From: a bacterium
Lineage (GTDB): Bacteria > Patescibacteriota > Minisyncoccia > Phycocordibacterales > CAIZLB01
Direction of reading: 5' to 3'
Assembly (NCBI GenBank): GCA_037127815.1
Contig: JBAXXP010000001.1
Coordinates: 104,174-168,173, forward strand
DNA: 64,000 nucleotides
Part shown: positions 29,803-39,906 of the stretch, one piece after another
How positions within the stretch are numbered: position 1 is the stretch's first letter
How the letters are laid out: each line of letters opens with the position of its first letter
Program-made: the position numbers and the translations under genes
The notes under the pieces: generated by a model
Seen by the model: only the letters and a program-made list of their open reading frames with translations
What the model was told of the DNA's origin: nothing
Database searches by the model: none

Positions 29803-31014
29803 TTATATATTATTCATCACAGAATACATTGGAGTAATCATTGAAATAGCAAAGAACCCAACAGCAGCACCAATAAATACCATAAGGACTGGCTCAATAA
29901 TTGTGGACAAATCTTTTGTTTTTTGATCAACCTCATTTTCATAAAACGTTGCAACCCCAATTAGCATTGTAGAGAGTTTACCAGTTTCTTCTCCTACACT
30001 AATCATTTCAGTGACAAAAGCGGGGAATATTTTACCCTCCTCTTCAAACACAACAGACATGGGCTCCCCTTTTGTAACAACTATTTCTAGTTTCTTTAGA
30101 GCTCGTTTATAATTGCTGTTTTGTAAAACTTCTCCAGTAATTTTAACAGCGGTTATCATATCCACCCCAGCTGATAGTAAAGAAGACAATGTTCTCGCCG
30201 TTCTTGCGGAATTACTTTCAATTACAATTTGCGAAATCACCGGGATCCTTAGAACAGCATCGTCCAACACCTTCTTTCCCAGTGAGGTTTTGAAAAAATA
30301 ATAAGTTCCCATAAAAAAGACAACTAGCCCGACAAAAGAAAGTATAATATTTGTTGAAAGAAAATCACTTACAGCGATAATAAATTTTGTACTACCAGGT
30401 AGCTCTGTTTTTAAATCTTTAAATGTCTTAGTAAGTCTAGGGACAACATATATCATCATCATAAAACCAACTATTATCATAACCATGAATATTATAGCTG
30501 GATACATCATCGCTCCTTTAATTTTCTTTTGCAAAAGATAGGTCTTCTCCATTTGTATAGACACATCTTTTAGTGATTGAGATAAATTACCAGACTCCTC
30601 TCCTGATTTAACCATAGAAACAAATATGGAGGGGAATATTTTTGGATATTCAGACAAGGCCTCATTAAAAGTCTTACCGCCAGAAATAGAAACATTTAGG
30701 TTTCTAAAAATTTCCTTTAGTTTTGTGTTTGGCGTTTGCTTCTCAGAAACACTGAGTGCACGGGAAAGAGGCAGACCAGCTTCAAGCATATTAGAGGTAT
30801 TTCTCGCAAAATTTATTTTATCGATATTTTTAATGCTAGAAAATAAACTGAACCCCCTTTTGTTACCACCACCTTTAACTTTTTCTTCCTTTACAGAAAC
30901 TAGCGTTTCAGATCTCTTTCTAAACTCCTCAAAAAAAGCAGACTTATTTTGAGCCTCTATATCACCACTATATTTTTTGTTCTGACTATTGATTGCTGTA
31001 AAATGATATTTCAT
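29803..31014 (-). CDS. pilC: Type IV pilus assembly platform protein PilC (GspF family)
   Basis: 403 aa, duplicated GspF domains, 3 TM. Confidence 0.85.
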   Translation of the reverse strand: MKYHFTAINSQNKKYSGDIEAQNKSAFFEEFRKRSETLVSVKEEKVKGGGNKRGFSLFSSIKNIDKINFARNTSNMLEAGLPLSRALSVSEKQTPNTKLKEIFRNLNVSISGGKTFNEALSEYPKIFPSIFVSMVKSGEESGNLSQSLKDVSIQMEKTYLLQKKIKGAMMYPAIIFMVMIIVGFMMMIYVVPRLTKTFKDLKTELPGSTKFIIAVSDFLSTNIILSFVGLVVFFMGTYYFFKTSLGKKVLDDAVLRIPVISQIVIESNSARTARTLSSLLSAGVDMITAVKITGEVLQNSNYKRALKKLEIVVTKGEPMSVVFEEEGKIFPAFVTEMISVGEETGKLSTMLIGVATFYENEVDQKTKDLSTIIEPVLMVFIGAAVGFFAISMITPMYSVMNNI

Positions 31015-31058
31015 ATTTTATTGATGGAAACCCTACCTACCCCTCAACTTCTATATAT

Positions 31059-32843
31059 TTACTCTGATGATGCAACCCTAAGTATTTCCTCTACAGAAGT
31101 CCTTCCTTGTACTGCTTTAAATATACCATCTTCAAACATAGTAAGCATCCCTTCTTTTCTTGCTTGTTCTTGTATTTGATCAGATCCCGTTCCTTTCATT
31201 ATCATTTCCTTTATTGTAGAAGTAACCTTAAGAACCTCGTGAATACCAATTCTACCCTTGTATCCGTCTTCACTCTCTTGATCTGCGACGGGTTTATAAA
31301 AATATATATTTGACCAATCTGCAGTATCGGCAACAATGTGTTCCTCCTTTAAACATGTCAAAACTTTATCTAGATCTGTATATCTTCTTAAAGAATCCAA
31401 TTGTTCTTTGTTTAAAATATACTTTTCTTTAGATACCCCCAACTCCCTAACAAGTCTCTGTGCAATTATTATCTTTAGAGTTGAAACAAGAAGAAACGGC
31501 TCGCATTTCATATCAATTAAACGAGGAATCGCGCCAGCAGCAGAGTTAGTGTGAAGTGTTGATAACACCAAGTGACCAGTTAGGGATGCGTTTATAGCCA
31601 ATGAAGCTGTTTCATTATCTCTAATTTCTCCCACCATTATAATATTTGGATCCTGTCTCAAAAGAGATCTGAGTCCAGAAGCAAAAGTTAGGCCAATTTC
31701 TGGTTTAACCTGAGTTTGATTAACTCTATTCATTTGATATTCAACGGGGTCTTCAATTGTAGAAATATTTACATCCGGTTGATTTAAAATATCCAATAAT
31801 GTGTACAGTGTCGTCGTCTTACCAGATCCAGTTGGTCCTGTTGTTAAAATTAACCCCTCTGAATACTTACAAGCCTCATGAATCAATTCCAAATCTTTTC
31901 CATGGAATCCTAAGTGTTCAAGTGTGAAACCTGTCATATTCTCTCTGAGTAACCTCATAACAGTCTTCTCTCCATAATATGTAGGTAAAACAGAAACACG
32001 AAATGAAACATTTTCTCCGCTTGATTCGATTTTAAATCGCCCATCCTGTGGAAGTCTCTTCTCATCCAGTTTAAGACTGGCTAAAACCTTAATTCTAGCC
32101 GTTATGCTTGGGCCAATATTCTTAGGTAGTACCATTGCATCATGAAGAATTCCATCAATTCTATACCTAATAACTACATCATTCTCCATTTGCTCTATAT
32201 GAATGTCAGATGCACCCTGAAGAATAGCGTGTTTTAACAAGGTATCAACTATTCTAACAACAGGCAGGTCCTCTGCTAGTTTTTTTAACTCTTCACCACT
32301 GGTTTCATCGGCTTTTGGGGCTCCGGGTACAATACCACCGATATTGATTCCTTTTAAACCCTTAAGTGAGGATACTTCTTGTTGAATAATATCCCCAAAA
32401 TCAGCCTTTAGACTTTTTTGATACTGAATTAAGGCCGACTTCATTGACTCTGTTGTCGTCAACCTTGGTAAAATCTTTAAACCAGTCTTCTTTTTAACAA
32501 AATCTATAGCGGAAAAATCTGTAGTATCAAGCATTGCAACCTCTAGAGAATCATCTCTTTTTCTAAAAGCGATGATATTATGTTTTCTAGCAATAGGCTC
32601 AGGGATTAAAGAAAGAATGCTAAACTCCAGTTTTTCACTACTAATATCAATAAAAGGGATACCCAAGATGTATGACTGCATTCTTCTGTAATCATCAGCG
32701 GATATCTTACCCTCAGTAACCAATACCTCACCTAGGGGAATTCCCTCTTTCAAGGATTTTTGTTCAATTTCATTCAATTCAGAACTTGCAACAAGTCCTG
32801 AATCAATAACAAGCTTTTTAAGCTGATTAGGGTCAATAATCAT
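31059..32843 (-). CDS. pilB: Type IV pilus assembly ATPase PilB (GspE family)
   Basis: 594 aa, Walker A GPTGSGKTTTLY, Asp and His boxes, N-terminal GSPII domain. Confidence 0.9.
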   Translation of the reverse strand: MIIDPNQLKKLVIDSGLVASSELNEIEQKSLKEGIPLGEVLVTEGKISADDYRRMQSYILGIPFIDISSEKLEFSILSLIPEPIARKHNIIAFRKRDDSLEVAMLDTTDFSAIDFVKKKTGLKILPRLTTTESMKSALIQYQKSLKADFGDIIQQEVSSLKGLKGINIGGIVPGAPKADETSGEELKKLAEDLPVVRIVDTLLKHAILQGASDIHIEQMENDVVIRYRIDGILHDAMVLPKNIGPSITARIKVLASLKLDEKRLPQDGRFKIESSGENVSFRVSVLPTYYGEKTVMRLLRENMTGFTLEHLGFHGKDLELIHEACKYSEGLILTTGPTGSGKTTTLYTLLDILNQPDVNISTIEDPVEYQMNRVNQTQVKPEIGLTFASGLRSLLRQDPNIIMVGEIRDNETASLAINASLTGHLVLSTLHTNSAAGAIPRLIDMKCEPFLLVSTLKIIIAQRLVRELGVSKEKYILNKEQLDSLRRYTDLDKVLTCLKEEHIVADTADWSNIYFYKPVADQESEDGYKGRIGIHEVLKVTSTIKEMIMKGTGSDQIQEQARKEGMLTMFEDGIFKAVQGRTSVEEILRVASSE

Positions 32844-32946
32844 TTGTGTAAATTATATCATGCAACCTATTTTAATTCTATAAATAATTAATACTTTTTT
32901 GTGTACAAAAAATAATTTTCTTAAATAAAATAATAATAAATTAATA

Positions 32947-34797
32947 TTATATATTTGTTTCGAACGATTTCTTTTGTAACTCGAAAAGGTTCTTGTATAT
33001 ACCACCTTTAATTTTCATTAACTTTGCATGACTATCAAACTCCTTCAATTCTCCATCCTCAATAACCATAATTCTGTCTGCGTTTTTAACAGTATTAAAT
33101 CTATGGGAAATTAAGATAACAGTTTTATCAGCTGGCAAGTTCTCCAGCTCTTGGAATATTTCCATTTCTGCAATTGAATCAATCGAAGCTGTAGGTTCAT
33201 CAAGAATCCAGATTTGTGGATTCTTATAGAACATCCTAGCGAGAGCAAGTTTTTGCCATTGACCAACGGAAGGTTCTACTCCATTATCAAACTCTTTTCC
33301 TAAATGAGTTTCGTACCCAAATTCCCAAGCAGAAATAAATTCATGCGCTCCAGATCTTTTTGCTGAATCAATCACCCTATCTAAATCTAATGGAATGCTA
33401 GTATCACCCAAAGCTATAGCTTCTTTAACTGGTAATTTATAATGCGCATAATTTTGCGATAAAAAACCTAGTTTTTTATAATAACTAGACAGATCAATCT
33501 CGTCTATATTTTTTCCATTAATCAAGATTAGCCCTTCTGTAACATCATAAAATCTCATTATCAATTTTGTTAATGTTGTTTTTCCAGCACCATTAACTCC
33601 AACAATTGCAATTTTTTCCCCTGCTCTAATTTTAAAATCAAAACCACTTAAAATGTTTGTTTTCGTATTTGGGTAGGTGAAAGAAACATTTGAAAATTCT
33701 ATCTCCGGAGTTTCTTCATTAAGTTTTATGTGTCCATTTTTAACAGCCTTCTCTGTACCTAGAAATTTAAAAGTATCATTTATAAAATTATTATTGCTAA
33801 CCAGAATTGCAAAACCTCTAAAGATAGTAGAGAGTGAGTCTCTGATATCTGTCATTCTACCTATAAGGAAAATGAAGGTACCCACCTCTAGTGTCTTATC
33901 CACGACACCACCCATTAAATTGAATACAATTACAGCCATAGCAACCACCTGAATAAGAACCGTTACATTTGTGTACTTAGATCTCCTTGCTTCATTACCA
34001 TTTATTTCATTATTAAATGTACTCAATAGTCCGCCAATTATATTCTTGAAATAATCTTTAGTCTTGAATATTTTTATCTCAGTTAATGTAGGGACATCAG
34101 AAAAGTACCACGCCAACATATGATACTTACGCTTAATTTCAGCTTTTGCATCCCATATACCATAAGCTCTTTCCCCAAATTTAATTTGTAAAAGAAGATT
34201 TGGAATAATTGCAATAATCATCAGTGGGGCATACCACCATTTGAAGTAAAATAACACAAAAACAACTGAAAAAAGAGTTATGAATTTACTGAACATAAAG
34301 AATCCCCAATCACAAAAACGAACTGTCTTATCAATATTCTCATCTACTCTAGACATTAGATTATTAAAATCTGGATTTTCAAAAGTTTGAACATCTATCT
34401 CATTTTTCTTTTCTATAAATACGAGATTAATGTATTGGGCAAAAAAAACATTAAATTTGGCGTCTATATAGTCGTACCAAACATCTGCTAATTCAATAAA
34501 TAAAGGTATGGACAGGTAGACACAAACAATCCCAATTAGAGTTGGATCAAAAAGTGTTGTTAAATTACCAGAGGTTATTTTGTTTATAAACAAAGCAGCA
34601 AACCACGATAAAACAATAGGTAAAACTGCTGAAATAGTTAGTAACCCAATTTCAATCGGTATAAATTTCTTATCAAATACCCACACAAGTTTTAATACTT
34701 TGTAAAAATTTACGATTACAGAGGTACTCTTTGGTTTCTTTTCTCTATCCTTACTGGATTTATTATTTTTTTCGACGGTATTAGTATTTGATGTCAT
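32947..34797 (-). CDS. ABC exporter, fused permease and ATP-binding domains
   Basis: 616 aa; 6 TM then Walker A GVNGAGKTT, signature PSVGQWQ, Walker B ILDEPT. Confidence 0.85.
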   Translation of the reverse strand: MTSNTNTVEKNNKSSKDREKKPKSTSVIVNFYKVLKLVWVFDKKFIPIEIGLLTISAVLPIVLSWFAALFINKITSGNLTTLFDPTLIGIVCVYLSIPLFIELADVWYDYIDAKFNVFFAQYINLVFIEKKNEIDVQTFENPDFNNLMSRVDENIDKTVRFCDWGFFMFSKFITLFSVVFVLFYFKWWYAPLMIIAIIPNLLLQIKFGERAYGIWDAKAEIKRKYHMLAWYFSDVPTLTEIKIFKTKDYFKNIIGGLLSTFNNEINGNEARRSKYTNVTVLIQVVAMAVIVFNLMGGVVDKTLEVGTFIFLIGRMTDIRDSLSTIFRGFAILVSNNNFINDTFKFLGTEKAVKNGHIKLNEETPEIEFSNVSFTYPNTKTNILSGFDFKIRAGEKIAIVGVNGAGKTTLTKLIMRFYDVTEGLILINGKNIDEIDLSSYYKKLGFLSQNYAHYKLPVKEAIALGDTSIPLDLDRVIDSAKRSGAHEFISAWEFGYETHLGKEFDNGVEPSVGQWQKLALARMFYKNPQIWILDEPTASIDSIAEMEIFQELENLPADKTVILISHRFNTVKNADRIMVIEDGELKEFDSHAKLMKIKGGIYKNLFELQKKSFETNI

Positions 34798-34986
34798 GAA
34801 TATTATGTCGTTTATATAGGCCTTATATTACAATTATTAGCCCTGAATTCTTATTTTATCCTTTGTTGGAATATCTTCGTGCCCAACCTCAATAATAGCT
34901 ACGGGCTTTACTGGTTATTGCCACTTTCTTCAAGTTGCATGAGTTTTTCTGTTGAAGATACTTATGTTGAAAATATTAGCATTTTT

Positions 34987-35015
34987 TTGACCTATTTACC
35001 AAAAGATGATATATT
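34987..35015 (+). promoter_or_regulatory. Putative sigma70 promoter TTGACC-17nt-TATATT upstream of nusA leader
   Basis: near-consensus hexamers with 17-nt spacer 140 nt upstream of nusA. Confidence 0.4.
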
Positions 35016-35155
35016 AATGAGGTCTCAAGTTATGTTCGCCCAAAAGGCGGGCTAATTTTTTTCCCAAGACTATCAAGAGCCCAAATATACGGCCATAAAT
35101 ATAGTTTATTATAAAGGAGACACTGCCACTAACAATTAAATAACAACTAAATATT

Positions 35156-36421
35156 ATGTTTGATCTAAAAGTAATTCATTCCGTCCTTGACCAATTAGAA
35201 GAAGAGCGCGGAATTCCAAGAGAAAAAATCCTAGAAGCTATAGAATTAGCCCTAGCAACAGCCTATAAGAAGGAATATGGAAGAAAAGGCCAATATATAA
35301 GAGCAATTTTCGATTTAAATACAGGAAACGTAGAATTCTGTCAGGTAAAAACAGCTGTTGACCCGGAAACAACCATTTTTCCAAATGAAGATGGGACCCT
35401 ACCAGAGTCAGCTTATGAAACAAATGAAGATGGTGAGGAACGTACAATTTTCAATGACGAGCAACACATTCCATTGGATATTGCTAGAAAAATCAAAAAA
35501 GACATTCAAGTTGGTGAGGAACTAGTTTTTCCACTTGAAACTAAGGCAGATTATGGAAGAATCGCAGCTCAAACTGCAAAACAAGTGATTATTCAGAAGA
35601 TTAGAGAGGCAGAAAAGATTTCTGTACTTAATGAATTCGGAAAAAAGGAAGGTGAAATTGTATCAGGAACAGTAGAAAGAAGTGAAAGAGGTACAGTTTT
35701 CATAAATATGGGGCGTGCTATAGGTATTCTTCCATATGATGAGCAAATTCCAGGAGAACATTACAATCAAGGAGAAAGAATCAGAGCCTGTTTGATGCGT
35801 GTTGAGGAAACTCCAAGAGGTATCTTCCTTAGACTTTCTCGTGCTACACCTCAATTTTTAGCAGAATTATTCAAAATAGAAGTACCTGAGATAGGAGCCG
35901 GAACAGTTGAAGTAAAAGCTGTTGCCAGAGAAGCCGGAGCAAGATCTAAGATTGCAGTCACTGCGACAGATTCACATATTGACCCAATTGGATCAATGGT
36001 TGGACAACGTGGAGTTAGAGTAAATACAGTTATGAGCGAACTAGGAGGTGAGAAAATCGATATTATTGACTGGTCTGAGAATCCGGCTGAATTCATAGAA
36101 TCAGCCCTATCTCCAGCAAAAGTAGTAAACATAACACTTAATGAAGTAGATAAGACAGCAACAGTTGAAGTAACGGAGGATCAACAATCACTAGCTATTG
36201 GGAAAAGTGGTCAAAATGCAAGACTTGCTGCCAGATTAACAGGGTGGAGAATTAATATTCAAGCCGTTAAAGGTGATGAGGGGGCTGAAAATGAAGAAGC
36301 TGCTGATCTAAAGGCAGAAAAAGAGGAAGTAATTAATGAAGCAGATGTTGCAAAATTAATTGCAGACGGCGTACTTACAGAAGAAAAGACTGAGGAAGAG
36401 TCAGTTCTGGGAACAGAATAA
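35156..36421 (+). CDS. nusA: Transcription termination/antitermination factor NusA (acidic C-terminal tail)
   Basis: 421 aa; N-terminal domain, S1 and two KH domains. Confidence 0.9.
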   Translation: MFDLKVIHSVLDQLEEERGIPREKILEAIELALATAYKKEYGRKGQYIRAIFDLNTGNVEFCQVKTAVDPETTIFPNEDGTLPESAYETNEDGEERTIFNDEQHIPLDIARKIKKDIQVGEELVFPLETKADYGRIAAQTAKQVIIQKIREAEKISVLNEFGKKEGEIVSGTVERSERGTVFINMGRAIGILPYDEQIPGEHYNQGERIRACLMRVEETPRGIFLRLSRATPQFLAELFKIEVPEIGAGTVEVKAVAREAGARSKIAVTATDSHIDPIGSMVGQRGVRVNTVMSELGGEKIDIIDWSENPAEFIESALSPAKVVNITLNEVDKTATVEVTEDQQSLAIGKSGQNARLAARLTGWRINIQAVKGDEGAENEEAADLKAEKEEVINEADVAKLIADGVLTEEKTEEESVLGTE

Positions 36422-36531
36422 TCTAAGACTCCGACGGAAACATAATTTGACCAAAACAATACAGACCCTTGGGGTGGAGGCTGTTTGACGACATATATTA
36501 GACGAATAACAATTACAAAATTAAAATAAGT

Positions 36532-37080
36532 ATGATGACAAGAATGAATTTATGGCACGACATAGAGCCTGGAACAGCTGATGAGATAGTTACAATTATC
36601 GAAATCAACAAAGGCTCAAAGAATAAATATGAAATAGACAAAAAAACAGGTCTAATTTCTTTAGACAGGGTTGGTTATACAACTCAAGACTATCCATTTG
36701 ACTATGGGTTTGTTCCACAGACCCTCTGGGATGATGGTGACCCACTTGATACAGTAATATTAACGACACACGCGCTTATGCCAGGAATAATGACACGTAT
36801 TCGTCCTGTTGCAATCATAAACATGATTGATGATGGTGATTCAGATGCAAAAATTGTTGCAGTTCCTGTTGGAGACCCGCGATGGAATAATGTAAATGAT
36901 TTATCTGATATAAATCCACACACCATTGAGGAAATTGAACACTTCTTTCTAACATACAAACTTATGCAAAATAAGGTTGTAACGATCGATAGTATTGAGG
37001 GCGCACAGAAAGCAAGGGATGCATTTGAGAGAGCGAAGAAACTTTATCAAGAAAAGTTTGGAAATAGCGAGTCAAAATAA
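36532..37080 (+). CDS. ppa: Inorganic pyrophosphatase (family I)
   Basis: DYPFDYGFVPQTLWDDGDPLDTVIL and DDGDSDAKIVAV motifs. Confidence 0.9.
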   Translation: MMTRMNLWHDIEPGTADEIVTIIEINKGSKNKYEIDKKTGLISLDRVGYTTQDYPFDYGFVPQTLWDDGDPLDTVILTTHALMPGIMTRIRPVAIINMIDDGDSDAKIVAVPVGDPRWNNVNDLSDINPHTIEEIEHFFLTYKLMQNKVVTIDSIEGAQKARDAFERAKKLYQEKFGNSESK

Positions 37081-37107
37081 ATTAATCAGCCAAAATAAAA
37101 AAACAAC

Positions 37108-38157
37108 ATGCCTTTTACAATCACAAATAAACAAAAACTTCCAAATTCAGAATTTGAAATTACTGGGGAACTTAAAGCCGAAACGGTTTCTGGCTTTCGC
37201 GAACAAGCTTTAAAGAGCTTTAATGGAGAGACAAAGGTTTCTGGATTCAGACCAGGTCATATTCCAGAGAAATTATTAATTGATAAGTTTGGAGAATTAG
37301 CAATAACAGAAGAGGCTGGAAGACTAGCTCTTGAGCATCATTACGGAGAGATAATTCAATCTCTTGATATCAAGGCTGTTGGATCTCCTGCTGTAACAAT
37401 AACTAAGGTTGCGCCAAATGAAGCTTTTGGATTTAAAATAAAAACAGCCTTAATGCCTGAGGTTAAGATTGGAGATTATAAAAAAGCAGCAAGTAAAATA
37501 ATGGCGGAGAAAGTAGAAGTTAAGGTGACGGACAAAGAAGTCGATGATTCAGTAGAGGAATTAAGAAAGCAAGTTGCACATGAAGAACATCATGCACAAA
37601 ACCCAGAGGATCATGGGCACGATCATGGCGACCTAGCGCTTCCTGAAGTAAATGAGGATTTTATAAAGAAATTTGGAGACTTAAAGAGTGTAGAGGAATT
37701 TAAGGAGAAAGTTAAAGAAGGAATAACTGCTGAAAAAACTCGCAAAGAGAAGGACAAGAAAAGATTAATGATAATGGAGGAGCTGATTAAGAATTCTACT
37801 ATTGATATGCCTCAAATGCTTATCGATTCAGAATTAGACAAAATGGTTGCAGAAATGTCATCAAACATTTCTCAAATGGGTCTATCTATTGAGGATTATC
37901 TTAAGCATGTTGGAAAGACAATTGAGGATATGAAGAAGGAATGGACACCAGATGCAGAAAAAAGAGCAAAGACACAATTGTTACTTAATAAAATTGCTAT
38001 CGATGAAAAAATAGAAGTTTCAGAAGATGCAATTAAAAAGGAAGTTGATGCATTACTTAATTACTACAAGGATGCAGACCGTGTCAGAGCAACAATTTAC
38101 ATTGAAACAGTGATGCTAAATGAAGCTGTTTGGAAATTCTTGGAGGAGGTTAAATAA
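37108..38157 (+). CDS. tig: Trigger factor lacking the FKBP PPIase domain
   Basis: N-terminal ribosome-binding domain with GFRPGHIP signature, His-rich linker, then TF C-terminal chaperone domain; only 349 aa. Confidence 0.75.
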   Translation: MPFTITNKQKLPNSEFEITGELKAETVSGFREQALKSFNGETKVSGFRPGHIPEKLLIDKFGELAITEEAGRLALEHHYGEIIQSLDIKAVGSPAVTITKVAPNEAFGFKIKTALMPEVKIGDYKKAASKIMAEKVEVKVTDKEVDDSVEELRKQVAHEEHHAQNPEDHGHDHGDLALPEVNEDFIKKFGDLKSVEEFKEKVKEGITAEKTRKEKDKKRLMIMEELIKNSTIDMPQMLIDSELDKMVAEMSSNISQMGLSIEDYLKHVGKTIEDMKKEWTPDAEKRAKTQLLLNKIAIDEKIEVSEDAIKKEVDALLNYYKDADRVRATIYIETVMLNEAVWKFLEEVK

Positions 38158-38170
38158 AATACTTTTAAAA

Positions 38171-38201
38171 ACACGCGCGACCAGAGACTGGCCGCGCGTG
38201 T
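38171..38201. terminator. Bidirectional terminator hairpin ACACGCGCG-loop-CGCGCGTGT between convergent tig and rsmE
   Basis: 9-bp GC stem with A/T-runs on both sides. Confidence 0.6.
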
Positions 38202-38247
38202 TTTTGTATACAAATAAAGAATTACAATATACAAACTTCCTTTAAAA

Positions 38248-39099
38248 CTAGTTATTAACCAACGCAAGCAAAGCAATAGCCGCTGTCTCTGCCCTTAAAA
38301 CATTCTGACTAAATTTAATAGATTTAATTTTTGAATCCTCAAACAACTTAATTTCTTTTGGAGACCACCCCCCTTCTGGACCAATCAAAAATACTAGGTC
38401 TGTATATGAACTCTTCTTCTTAAGGACTTCGTTTAGATTTGAACCATTTTGATTACAAACAAAAGCTCCAACCTTCTTATTATCTATTAGACCCAGCTCT
38501 TTGATTGCCTCAGTAAGCTTTTTTATAGGGTGCATTACAGGCACATCACTTCTTCCACATTGTTCAGATGCCTCAACCAATATTCTTTGAGACCTAGTCA
38601 TATTTAAATCCTTCTTGATTGTTCTGTCTGTAACAATAGGAACGATTTGAGAAACACCAAGTTCTGTTGCTTTTTGAAGAACCAAATCAAAATTATCATT
38701 CTTAATTAATGACATCAACAGTGTTATCGAAGTCTTTGACAGCTGATTATTAGACGTAGAAGTATTTTCATCTTTTTCCACGACTTTGCCAACTGAATTA
38801 CCAGTCTTTGATATTTTTTTTCTAATATCTGCTTTTATATCCTTATTTGGAGCAACATCCTCAGTATTCTCTACTTTAGTTATCTCCAAAACCCTAAGAA
38901 CAGCCTCACTATTATCTAATTTTTCAATAATGCATAGATAATCATATCCTGAACCATCAAAAAGTATTACCCTACTACCTGTAATATATCTAAAAACCTT
39001 CTTCCATTGGCTTAAAACAGGCTCATATTCAAAAGCTCTTAAAACTACCCTTTCCTTTGCGTCAATCTTATCTTTTATAAAAAATCTATGAAATCTCAT
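38248..39099 (-). CDS. rsmE: 16S rRNA (uracil1498-N3)-methyltransferase RsmE with low-complexity insertion
   Basis: PUA-like N-terminus, FLIGPEGGWS and LRAETAAIAAL motifs. Confidence 0.8.
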   Translation of the reverse strand: MRFHRFFIKDKIDAKERVVLRAFEYEPVLSQWKKVFRYITGSRVILFDGSGYDYLCIIEKLDNSEAVLRVLEITKVENTEDVAPNKDIKADIRKKISKTGNSVGKVVEKDENTSTSNNQLSKTSITLLMSLIKNDNFDLVLQKATELGVSQIVPIVTDRTIKKDLNMTRSQRILVEASEQCGRSDVPVMHPIKKLTEAIKELGLIDNKKVGAFVCNQNGSNLNEVLKKKSSYTDLVFLIGPEGGWSPKEIKLFEDSKIKSIKFSQNVLRAETAAIALLALVNN

Positions 39100-39321
39100 A
39101 TTAAATTATGTTAATTGTACTTAAAATTTTAGTTTATTTTCAAATTATACGCTGTTTGATTTTTCTTAAAATTAAGCGTATTCTTTGAACCATACAGACA
39201 TCCAGACAAAGCCCTAGATCAATAATTTTGAACCTACTGTGGATAACTCCACAAAAGTACCAAAACCATGACAAATCCAAAACTCAGATAAACCCACTAT
39301 TATATATAATACACTTTGAAC

Positions 39322-39897
39322 ATGTTAATTCCAACAGTTATAGAAAAATCACAATTTGGCGAGAGGGCATATGATATATATTCAAGACTTCTAAGAGAAA
39401 ATATCATTTTTCTTGGGGGACCAATCGATGATAATGTAGCAAATATTGTTATCGCACAATTACTATTTTTACAAGCAGAAGATCCAAAGAAGGATATCTC
39501 TTTGTACATTAATTCACCAGGGGGTTCAGTTACAGCAACCTTGGCGATGATTGATACAATGAATTACATCAAGAATGATGTTTCAACAATCTGTGTCGGA
39601 CTGGCAGCATCAGGTGGTGCATGGCTACTTTCAGCTGGAAAAAAAGGAAAGAGATATGCATTACAAAATTCAGAAATGATGATTCACCAACCACTACAAG
39701 GCGGAATAGAAGGACAAGCATCAGACATAGAAATCACAGCAAAACAAATCATTAAGACAAAAGAGAGATTGGCAAAAATGATGGCAGAAAACACTGGACA
39801 ACCATTAAAGAAGGTTGAAGCTGATGTTGATAGAGATTTCTATTTATCAGCAGATGAAGCAAAGAAATACGGACTTATCGACAAAGTTCTATCATAA
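39322..39897 (+). CDS. clpP: ATP-dependent Clp protease proteolytic subunit
   Basis: Ser-His-Asp triad context GGSVTA...MIHQP...; ORF track starts at TTG 39316, ATG at 39322. Confidence 0.92.
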   Translation: MLIPTVIEKSQFGERAYDIYSRLLRENIIFLGGPIDDNVANIVIAQLLFLQAEDPKKDISLYINSPGGSVTATLAMIDTMNYIKNDVSTICVGLAASGGAWLLSAGKKGKRYALQNSEMMIHQPLQGGIEGQASDIEITAKQIIKTKERLAKMMAENTGQPLKKVEADVDRDFYLSADEAKKYGLIDKVLS

Positions 39898-39906
39898 TTT
39901 AAAAAC

